Positions 12,174 to 23,597 of a stretch of 37,630 nt of DNA are shown one piece after another. Under the pieces are notes generated by a model that saw only the letters and a program-made list of their open reading frames with translations, was not told the DNA's origin and did not search any database. Both the position numbers and the translations under genes were made by a program. Source of the stretch: Ministeria vibrans ATCC 50519 (lineage: Eukaryota > Protista > Filasterea). Positions within the stretch are counted from its first letter, which is position 1; every line of letters starts with the position of its first letter. The DNA is taken from contig CALSCP010002497.1 of assembly GCA_943704425.1 (NCBI GenBank), positions 201,735-239,364 on the forward strand, in the 5' to 3' direction.

Positions 12174-13927
12174 TCAGTTGAATTCATTGAAACGAGAAAT
12201 TTCTTCAGCAGAGACAGTCTAGAGGAACAGAGCGCGCGAGTCGTTAAAATATGTGATGCACTTCGACAAGACGCGGTCTTACAGGATGGATGCTGGCAAG
12301 GCTTGCATAGAAATCTTCGCTGCAGAGTGAGCGCGGAAACACTGAGCGAGGATTCATTTGCGAGAGAGAGCACGTCTGCACATAAAAATAATAAGAAAAA
12401 GACGAAGAATACAACCCATACATATAATAAGACAACAACAACAACGTTAAATTTCGTGGTTATCGTATATTTATGTTGTACGAGAGCAACATTTGAAGCA
12501 GTAGGGTCGCATGGGATGTAGCAGATGTGTGAAGCGGAGCTGTGTGAGGCACGATGCCATGCAGTGGCGCGCTGCAATTCGCGCACCGGTTGGAAGAGGG
12601 CGTCGTTGAAGGCGTTTCCAAGGTCGCTGCCTGAGAGACCCTCAGTCGACTCGGCAATCGCGTTGAGATTTTCTTCGCTTAGTACCTCCGCTTGATCGGC
12701 CTGATCTGCAGATTGAGTAAATTTAATAACAGTCATTGACGTTCAAAAATGCTCCGTTTTTTGTTTTTACAGAGCGCGCGTTTCAGAAGTTGCTTTCGTG
12801 CGGCAAAGTCGGGAAGGGGTACGTAAAGTCGCTTTTGGAAGCGACGAAGAAACGCCGAGTCCAAGTCCCATGGGCAGTTGGTGGCACACAGCAGAAAAAC
12901 GCCTCCACCCTGGCACTCACCCTTTGCCGTGTCTGTAGTTCCCTCCATCTATGATAATAATTTATTATTATTATATTTTTTCTTGTTCTTGATGGAATTC
13001 CCTAACTTGTCGTAGTAGCTCAGTCTTAAAGCGACGGATGTGTTCGTCTTCTTGTGAGTTTCGCTTTCGAGCCATGCTGTCAACTTCGTCTAAAAAATAA
13101 TAAAAATCAAAAAATTTGAGAATGAACTTATATTTATTTTGTGTCTTCGCGTGGTGACTGTATCATTAATAAATGGGTTGTATCGTCCTTCCTCTTCTTA
13201 TTATTATTATTGTTCTCTCATACCAATGAATATGATCTAAAACCAACGATATTAAGACGTCATAATATAAAAAGTTAATCATTGATATAACATTAGGTTA
13301 AAAATGTTGGCTAATGAAGATGGAATACAGATTTGGTGGACTGCGAACGAGCGTGCTGAAATAAATCTCGTATCATTCTAAATAAAAGAAATAAAAAAAT
13401 TAGTATTATCAATGAAAGATTATAATATGACTTTTCTGTTTCGCCGAGCCAGCTGGAGAGGAGTGAAGAGGCTGAAATGCTGTAAAAAGGTGCGGCTGAT
13501 TCATTGGCGAGAGCCTGTGCAAGTTTGGTCTTTCCGGTGCCTTGTTTGATAAAATATAGTAATAATAATAATAATTATTATGACGTTACAAAAAGACGTT
13601 ATTTTAATAGTTTTTCTGTTTTTAAGCTGACCTGGGGGACCAAAGAGTAGGATGCTATTCCAAGCCTTTCGGGTGCCCTTGAACAAGTGGGGGAACATGA
13701 ATGGCATCAAAAATACCTCCCGCAATGTTTCCTTCACACTGTCTAGACCTATTCTTAAGAACGCAAATGCTTATCACTATGAAATCACTATATAGGGTGG
13801 CAATCCCACAACAGAGCATGGCCAAAGGGAAGTGCACATCATGCTTAATTTGATTTGCCTTTTCGTTCTTTCTGTATCACTTTGTTTCTTTCTTTGTTTC
13901 TTTCTTCTATCAATTGTTTCTTTCTCC

Positions 13928-14021
<94 letters not shown>

Positions 14022-14703
14022 CTGCAATAGTTTGAAAGGTGACTTGGCGGTCGACCTTTTGCAACGTATCTTCAATGTCGCGCTTTCTTGCTCTACAAAA
14101 GACTCTTGTGACTGTTTCGTTCGCGTTTCGTTTTCGTTTTTGTACTCTGCTCTGTCGTCGACATTTTCAGCGCTTCTTCGCCGTTTCAGAGCGCCTCCTT
14201 TTGAGCATTCAATTGCTTCGTAGTGTCGCTGTCGGACAAGATCAAGGATGTGCAATACAGTCCACTACAAGAGGCGTCAAGCAGGTGGAAAAAGCCGTAT
14301 ATTGTTCGTATATTGTTCTTGAATGTTTTTCTCTCTGACGTGCCTTTCGCTGTGCGTCTTGGTCACGCTCTAGAATAGACTCGAGTACGCCGGTGAGACT
14401 ATTTAGAAGATGCTGACGTGTGTTAAAAGGAACACCGTTTGTCGCTTCAGACTTCTACATGAAAAAAAAAAAAAAAACGAGAAATAGAGCGCGCAAGCGA
14501 CGAGTTTTTTTTTCGTCAAAACGCACCGTCGACGATACGACAGCAGCACTGGCACCACCACCACCACCACTGCTGCTGGAAGGAGTATTTGATGGTAGCG
14601 AGGACGTCGTTTTGAAGCCCGCCACTTTTCCAGACGAGAGCGGAACGAGTGATTCCAAACTGTGTTGTGTGAACTCCTTTTTATTTTTTTTGGCTTTTAT
14701 CAT
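12174..14703 (-). CDS. VPS4-like meiotic-clade AAA ATPase (multi-exon)
   Basis: [22 protein letters not shown]|TGKT (Walker A); IIFI|DEVD (Walker B); [19 protein letters not shown] (SRH); TEGLSGSDL; Vps4_C-like end [29 protein letters not shown]. The start codon is uncertain. Confidence 0.8.
13928..14017 (+). repeat. (CT)n microsatellite in an intron
   Basis: Directly visible. Confidence 0.95.
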
Positions 14704-15178
14704 TACATTTCGGTTCCATCACGGTAGAGCTGTAATAGGAGCTTAGTGAGTTCAAGGTTCATTCTTTCTGGGGTTTCAGGGCAGTAAAAAAAAGAAAAGA
14801 AATGATCATAAAGAGACAAGAGATATTGGATTCGGTAAAATACAATATAATAGGAATATAATAGTGGTTGTTGTTGCTTGTCTTGCTTTTGTGCTTACGT
14901 CTTGCAATGATCATGACTCACTGGTTTACTTTGTACTATAATATTGGTATACTAAAGTATGTAGGAACGCTACTCGACTAACTTCGAAGTCTGACATGAT
15001 TAGACTGCTGCTGTAGAATGTAAGCAAGTAGGAACGACTCCTCTCAAATAAATGAGTCAAATTTCGAATATACTCGTTTACATTCGAACACACAAGGTTG
15101 CGCATGAAAGCGTCTACTACCCCCTTTTCGGTTCGATCGCACAAATTTGATAGTGGGACACAGGTCACAGGCACACAG

Positions 15179-15283
15179 CTACGTTTGGAGGTCTCGAACG
15201 AGCGCCATTTCAAGAATGAACTTGCCCTCCTTGTACTTTTGAGTTTCCTCATAAGCCTTTTCCTGGATAAATTATGGTACGCA

Positions 15284-15318
<35 letters not shown>

Positions 15319-16088
15319 CGAGAGTGAGAGACAATACGACACGATCAACCTTACGTATTTCCAGCCAAGGACATGATTGCAATTCCTACAGTGCACATCA
15401 ACAACAGTATGCAGTCCGGTAGTCTGCATCGAATAATTCGCGTTTAGTTGAGAACACAGTCTGAAAGTGAAAAATATTACCATTTGGCGGTCCTCTGCGA
15501 CGCCCGTTTCAACATTGACACTGCAAGCGGACAAAACAAGGGGTCAAGGAGGCATGTCGCACTTGAGGGACTTGGCTTACACGTCATTGAACAGATAGGC
15601 GATGCCATGGCTGCCATAGAAGGTCTAGGGAGTGGAAACAAATCAAAATAAAATTCGCAAGTTCGAACTTGTCGCGGCTTTTTTTTTTTTTTCTCGTGTT
15701 CATTTTGTCGTTTTCCTGCGCGGATGACACTTGGTTGCGACACGCCGGTGCCGCCAGCATTGCAAAGCGTAGATTTGGGGGAAGACAATGCAAACAGCGT
15801 GCGGGAAAGTCGCGCGGTGGGCGAGCAAGAGAGACGCGTCAATGCCATTGGTCACAAAATTGCCCATGTCGCCACGGAGACGACAATGCGACCGCCTACC
15901 TTGGAGATTATCTCTTCATGCGACGTTAAATGAACCGCACAGACACTGCACGCGTAGACGTGAGTCGAACTCTGCTCAAAACAAAAAGTTTCATGAGAGG
16001 TGAAACACTTCTTCTTTTTTTTTTTTTTCGTGTCACAAGTTCACACAAGACATAGACTTACCAGGTTCTCAAGGAACAGTTTGCCCAT
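15179..16088 (-). CDS. Yippee-like zinc-binding protein (YPEL family), 6 exons
   Basis: Spliced product MGKLFLENL|SSTHVYACSVCAVHLTSHEEIISK|TFYGSHGIAYLFNDV|VNVETGVAEDRQM|TTGLHTVVDVHCRNCNHVLGWKY|EKAYEETQKYKEGKFILE...*. Confidence 0.95.
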
Positions 16089-16252
16089 GGTAGATGACGA
16101 AGGAGCGGTAACGGAGTCTTCTCGTGAACGGACAGCCGCAAATGAAACGAGACAAATTAATGGGAATCTGAATAATTATTATTGATTCATTTTTACAAAA
16201 ATATTTTAATGATTTGAATCGCAACGCACACACGTAGAACGAAGAAAGAGCC

Positions 16253-17738
16253 TCAGCGAAACTGCTGAGGCGGCTCGCATTCGGGAACACTGCCAATGGT
16301 AAATTGATCGGCCGCAAAAGCTTGAAGATCGGCTTGAGAGAGGCCCTGATCAGACGATCCAGGAGGCACTTGGGGGGCGGTGGGTGTGCCTGTCACAGAG
16401 ACGGTCACAGGTGCTGGGGCAGCAGGTGCAGGCATTGGTGTGTGTGTGGGAAGGGTCGCAGAGGGAAACCCGGTGGGAACGGAGGCGGGACCTGCGGCCT
16501 GGAAGAGGGGCGCAGTGGCAAGGGTCGTGGGTTGCGCTGAGATGGGCATGGGAGCAGGACCACCGGGCGTTGCAGGAGGAGGATACGCCGTGGGGAAGAG
16601 CGAGGGAGCCAAAGTGATGCCGGCGGGGGCAGCAGTCGGGAACAGAGGGGTTGCTTCACCGCCCTGTGGAAATGGCGTTGCACCTGTGTCCATTGTGTTG
16701 AAAGAGGAGCCCGACGCGCGCTACAAAAAACACCGTCATTTCACCTGTTTTGTTTTGTTTGTTTGTTTGTTTGTTTGTTTGTTTTCTTTTGCGCAAGCAT
16801 ACTGCGTGGCGAAGGGCGCCTTGGGGATCAGCGGCAACAGCCTGTCGACTAGCAAGCATCTCGGCAGTGAGCTGCTCGACGCGTGCTGAGCTCTGCGCGA
16901 CACCACCTGTCGCCGCCATCTCCTGGTACGCCTCGTAGCGCAGTTCCTCGGGCGACACGTCACAACTGAGAATCTGCACTCCTTGCTCTAGGCCGTAGCA
17001 CGAAAACGGCCATTCGGGCCACTTTTCCATGTCCGTGCGTATCTTGGCCCTAAAGAAGTATTTTTCTTAGTACCTATCTCATTTGTTTCTTCTTTGTTTC
17101 TTTCTTCTTCTTCCTCCTCCTCCTCTATCACTTTGTTTTTGTTTCTTTCTCTCTTCACTCTGTTTCTTTCCCTCTCTCTATCACTCTATCACATTGTTTC
17201 TTTCTCTTTCTCTCTATCATTTCTTTCTTCCCCCCCCCCCACTTTGTTTCTTTCTCCCTCCTTTCTCTCTCTATCACTTTGTTTCTTTCTCCCTCCTCTC
17301 TCTATCGCTTTGTTTCTTTCTCCCTCCTCTTTCTCTCTATCACTTTGTTTCTTTCTCCCTCCTCTCTCTATCGCTTTGTTTCTTTCTCCCTCCTCTTTCT
17401 CTCTATCACTTTGTTTCTTTCTCCCTCCTCTCTCTATCGCTTTGTTTCTTTCTCCCTCCTCTTTCTCTCTATCACTTTGTTTCTTTCTCCCTCCTCTCTC
17501 CCTCCTTTCTCAATCACTTTGTTTTCTTTCTCCCTCCTCTCTCTCTCCTTTCTTTCTTTCTTTCTCTCTCTCATTTGTACTTACGCATATTCTTGGTCAT
17601 TGTACGAGGTTTTCGAAGACGACCCGCCTGTTCGAGGCTCATGAGAGAAATTACAATTGGCCCCTTTGCGACAAGTGCCTTCAGCAAAGAACTTGCAAGC
17701 TTTCTTGCTTTTGGTCGACGACGGTTGCTGCCAACCGC

Positions 17739-17772
<34 letters not shown>

Positions 17773-18174
17773 TTGTTGTGGCCATCCAGCGCCAGACTGG
17801 CGTCCTTGTTGTTGATATTGAGAATGGGGCTGCGACGACCCGAACGGCTGTTGGCGTTGCGTGGAGTGCGTTTGCCAAGCGCCGCCGCCTCCTCCGCGTG
17901 CATTTCCACCGCCACCCCACGACCCTGCGCCTCCTCCTCCTCCTCCTGCCCCACCCCAAGACACCCCGCCACCGCCTCCACGGTTACTGCTCCCCCCTCG
18001 CCCGCCCCCGCCCCGTCCACCGCCGCCCCCGCCAGCCGGATGCACAAAGTTGCACTGTGCCCCTTTGTTGCACGTCCCCGCTTGAAAGTATCGACAGATC
18101 GTGCCACTTCCACCTCCCCGTCCTCCACCACGACCTCCTCCGCCACGACCTCCGCGCCCTCCTCCACGATACAT
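16253..18174 (-). CDS. NUP42: Nucleoporin NUP42/NUPL2 (hCG1/Amo1)-like CCCH zinc-finger protein
   Basis: Two CCCH fingers (CRYFQAGTCNKGAQCNFVH, CKFFAEGTCRKGANCNFSH), RGG tracts, WPFSCYG..DVSPEELRYEAY, and a C-terminal Gle1-binding-type motif FTIGSVPECEPP. Confidence 0.8.
17085..17570 (+). repeat. Pyrimidine-rich minisatellite (core CTCTATCACTTTGTTTCTTTCTCCCTC, ~66-nt higher-order unit) in the NUP42 intron
   Basis: Tandem copies are visible, and the spurious ORFs over it repeat every 22 aa. Confidence 0.9.
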
Positions 18175-18373
18175 TGGAGGACGAAGAACGATTAAAAAAC
18201 TGAATGAGTATTCGGAATCTTCAATCTCGAGTGTATACTACTCTGAGTCGAACACAATCATCGGCGATTAACTGATTGAACACCCACTACACGCTTGGGA
18301 GCTGTGACTTCACCCACTTGATACTTATGCTACACTTCGATGTGTTACACACTAAGTAATGTAAATCGTTACG

Positions 18374-18778
18374 TTACAATATTTTCGGCATTTCGGTGAA
18401 CTTGAGCAGTTTCAGGAGGTGTCGGCGGTCTTTCTTTGCAGAGGCAAGTGCAAGGCCCGACACAAACTCTTGGACGTTGCGGTGAACAGCGTCCAGCGGC
18501 TTGGTGGGCGTTGCGACGGCGACAGAGAAGACGCCGTCCGATCGAACCATTGCAACCCACGGCGCCGTGCTCTGCGCCTGCTGCGCGTCCATGTCGCTGC
18601 CAAACGCGATGGTGGTGAGCGCATCGCCCTCCAGGTGCGTCGCAAGATGCGCAAAAGCCGCCCAGAGGTTGGCCGTTGCGTCGCGCCGCCCATCCGTCAC
18701 CAGACTCCATTGCGTGTCTGTTGCGCCACGCGCATACGCCACCAGCACCTGGCTGGTGCGACTATCGATGATTTCCAC
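18374..18778 (-). CDS. Small putative longin-fold protein; start codon unresolved
   Basis: GC-rich open frame between NUP42 and TRM61. The secondary-structure pattern looks like beta-beta-alpha-beta-beta-beta-alpha-alpha. There is no in-frame ATG before the GTG at 18778. Confidence 0.4.
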   Translation of the reverse strand: MEIIDSRTSQVLVAYARGATDTQWSLVTDGRRDATANLWAAFAHLATHLEGDALTTIAFGSDMDAQQAQSTAPWVAMVRSDGVFSVAVATPTKPLDAVHRNVQEFVSGLALASAKKDRRHLLKLLKFTEMPKIL

Positions 18779-18914
18779 AAGGTAGTTGATAGTGGAGAAG
18801 GATGTTTGTCAAAATGTTTGATTAATCAATCACACAGTCTCAAGTCACACTGATGACTGAGTGTCTGAGTCACATTTTTATTTAATAGTAACACGTGCTG
18901 GTTGTTATTGTACC

Positions 18915-20682
<1,768 letters not shown>

Positions 20683-20849
20683 CCAACCGCTCGCAAAAAA
20701 AAATACACACCCCCCAAAAAAAATTGTATCCCACACACGCACACGAGAAATAAGCAGTCAAGAAGAGGCCTTTCGGAAAGATGAATACACAACTGAAGAA
20801 CGACACACGAAGAAAAGTTTCTTTGGACAGGAAAGAGAATAGTGTGCAT

Positions 20850-21856
20850 TTAGTCGCGGTCCTTGTCGCCACCGCGAAGACGGCCAGTGCGGCGAGCAGC
20901 AATGAGACCGACCTTGCGACCGGCGGGGGTGCCACGGGCGACCGTGGAAGGCTTGCCCAAATGCTGATGGTTGCCACCACCGTGGGGATGGTCGACGGGG
21001 TTCATGGCGACGCCACTGACCTTGGGCCACTCGTTGCGCTTGACGCGGTACTTGTGGAACGACGCACCGGCCTTGAGCATCGGCTTGTCGATACGGCCAC
21101 CGCCTGCAACAACACCAATGGTGGCACGGCACAGCGAGGAGATGATCTTCTTGCTGCCGCTAGGCAACTTGATGCGCGTCTTCTTCTCGTCAGCGTTGTG
21201 CGTCACAATGGTGGCGTAGTTGCCGGAAGCACGTGCGAGCGTGCCGCGGTTGCCGACCTTCTCCTCAACGTTGCAGATGATGGTACCCTCGGGCAGATCA
21301 CCGACCGGGAGGACGTTGCCAACAGCGAGGTTAGCTGAAAAATTGTACAAAAAAAAACGCTTGTGTGAACACAACACCCCAATCATTTTCTCTCCTCTCT
21401 TACCCTTCTTGCCGCAGTACACAAACTGACCGGTGTGCATGCCCTCGGCAGCGATGAAAAGCTCCTTCTTGATCTTGAAGCGGTAGGGGTCATGGAAGTG
21501 GACCTGAAAGAGACAGAAACGTTCAGCGCGACGTTAAAAACGATGTCTTAAGTTCATCGACACACAGCGCGCACACACACACGCGCGTATATGATAGACG
21601 AGCACAGCCACATTCAGACACACATACACACACACTCTCTCTCTATCTCTGTCTTAAAATTGTCTCATATGCTTACGGTGGCAAGAGGTGCACCACGGCC
21701 GGGGTCGTGGATGATGGACTTGACGACACCCTTGATGTAGCCACGCTTCTCGGCGTAATCGAGCGAGCGAAGCTTGGCGGCGCCCTTGCGGTGGGTGGTG
21801 TGCGATCGGAAGACCGAACCAGCACCCTTCCTCTGACAACGAATGACGCGACCCAT
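20850..21856 (-). CDS. RPL8: 60S ribosomal protein L8 (uL2), 3 coding exons
   Basis: [54 protein letters not shown]. Confidence 0.98.
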
Positions 21857-22827
21857 CTGAAAAAGGCAAGAGGAAGAGACATGATAATGTGTAAGAAGAA
21901 AAAAACCCCAAAGTCATAGAAACAAAGACTCTGTTCGCCGCAAAAATTAAAGACAAAAGAGCAGATAGAGAGAACAACAAGAAGCAGGCAGGGATGACAG
22001 CCACGAAAAGAGGAAAGAGCATTCTCACATCCCGCACTACCACGCCCAGGAGGTAATTNNNNNNNNNNAAAAAAAAAAAAAAAAAAAAAAAAGAAACGTC
22101 GGATTGGAAGGTGAAGACTCGGTTGAGAGCAAGGCCCCTGGTGACGATAGGCATATAGGACCATGCAGATGATCGAGGGCAGGCGACAGCGTTGGGTGAG
22201 TCGACACATTGGTTCAAAGGGGAAATGTGTGCAGTGCGCTCTGACACACTCACGTTTTTCACGCTGCGTAGGATTCGACGCAAACGGGGCGTAGGGGCAC
22301 CGGGAGGAATGAAAAACAAGTAGAAGAGTGCGCAAGAGACGGACAGCAACGAATAGAGGAAAGAGCGGAGACAGGAAAAAGAAGACACGAAAAAAAAAAA
22401 AAAAGAATTCACGAGGAGGACACAAAAACGCAGAAGATGACGGGAAGGCACCACACACGCACATGGGGGGGTGCTTGAAACCCCAGCGGCTGAGGAGAGG
22501 CCCAGGAAAGTCGGGCTGTGGAACTGGCCGCACAGCACAAAGGCCAAAGGTCGTTCTTGACGCGACGCAACGCCATCAAAAAAAAAAAAAAAAAAAAAAA
22601 AGGAGAGACGCGCGGAGGCTGCAGAGTCGATGGACAGCATTGGACAGACACGCCAATGGTACGCTGGCCCAGTGGCACGCGAGCAATGGTAGTTCAAGGC
22701 ACATTGCAACGCAGCAGCAGCACAAAGTCATTTCTGGCGACAACCACATCATGCAGTGTCACACACACGCACTGGCACAGACACACACACACACAGAATC
22801 ACATATCTACATGATGCGAACCCTTAC
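21857..22827 (-). other. ~970-nt structured 5'-UTR intron of RPL8
   Basis: gtaagg donor at 22827 after a short pyrimidine-rich leader; tttttcag acceptor directly before the ATG; many nested inverted repeats. Contains a 10-N gap. Confidence 0.7.
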
Positions 22828-22835
22828 AGTGTCTA

Positions 22836-22857
22836 GAGCAGAGAAAAAAAAGAGGCA
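22836..22857 (-). promoter_or_regulatory. 5'-terminal oligopyrimidine (TOP)-like leader of RPL8
   Basis: CCTCTTTTTTTTCTCTGCTC lies just upstream of the intron donor, typical of RP mRNA starts. Confidence 0.55.
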
Positions 22858-23189
22858 GATTGAATTTTCGTTTTGATCGTTCACCTTTCGCCCCTGGTTT
22901 CATCCTTCTTCGGCAAAAAAAAGAGGAGAGTATTACGAGAAGACCCCAAGTCCCCAACCAACCCACTGCCTGGACCTTTGAGTCAGCGCATAGAGTACGA
23001 ATACTTAATTTCATAGTAATCCAAAAGCCGCTCTCCACAAATCGCCAAATTCCCCATGTTTATTAGCATCACACTCCTTATTCTCCACTTCATACTAATT
23101 ATCCGGTGTGTTGTCGGTGTTTCAGAGAATATGCTGAAGAAGACTAGAAAATATATTCAAATAGCACTTTTTCGACAATTTTGGCTCTT

Positions 23190-23332
23190 GGCGAATTGCT
23201 CCGAGATCTGTTTGGGGCGATCCAAGTTTTTTTCAACGCGGATAGTTGTTGCACCCAAGACCACGTTAAGGGGAGAGACTTAAGTTCTCTTGGAATTTAG
23301 TTTCCTCGAGGGTTCGAACCCCTCATTCGCCA
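23190..23332 (+). tRNA. tRNA-Leu(UAA) with a ~54-nt insertion (putative intron 23211-23264) in the D-loop
   Basis: Acceptor stem GGCGAAT/ATTCGCC+A; anticodon arm AGAGA-CTTAAGT-TCTCT; long variable arm GGAA/TTCC; T arm GAGGG-TTCGAAC-CCCTC; T-run terminator at 23337-23345. Confidence 0.8.
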
Positions 23333-23336
23333 ATGC

Positions 23337-23345
23337 TTTTTTTTT
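23337..23345 (+). terminator. Pol III oligo-T terminator
   Basis: T run 4 nt after the tRNA discriminator base. Confidence 0.7.
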
Positions 23346-23458
23346 GATAGTCGTGTCGCGAAAGACTATTTTTTGAGTATAATTGTGATAATAATAATAA
23401 TAAATAATAATAATAATTATTATTATTATTATTTTTATTATTATTATTATTATTATTA

Positions 23459-23532
<74 letters not shown>

Positions 23533-23597
23533 GTGCTGCTCTTTTTATTTGGTCACGATGCGCTATTTTTTTGATAATAATATTTTTACGTCGTTCT

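Noticed and set aside
17083-18203. Long + strand ORFs (370/369 aa)
   Set aside because: Products of a stop-free minisatellite and the antisense of NUP42.
22500-22516. GGAAAGTC resembling RNase P/MRP CR-I
   Set aside because: No CR-V partner to form P4; it lies in a small local hairpin.
22488-22570. Hammerhead-like CTGAGGAG..GGCC..GGCC-AAAG on the + strand
   Set aside because: The invariant GAAA reads CAAA, there is no NUH cleavage triplet, and it is antisense to the host transcript.
21654-22876. ORFs of 351, 286 and 182 aa upstream of RPL8
   Set aside because: They cross homopolymers and an N gap; better explained as the 5'-UTR intron.
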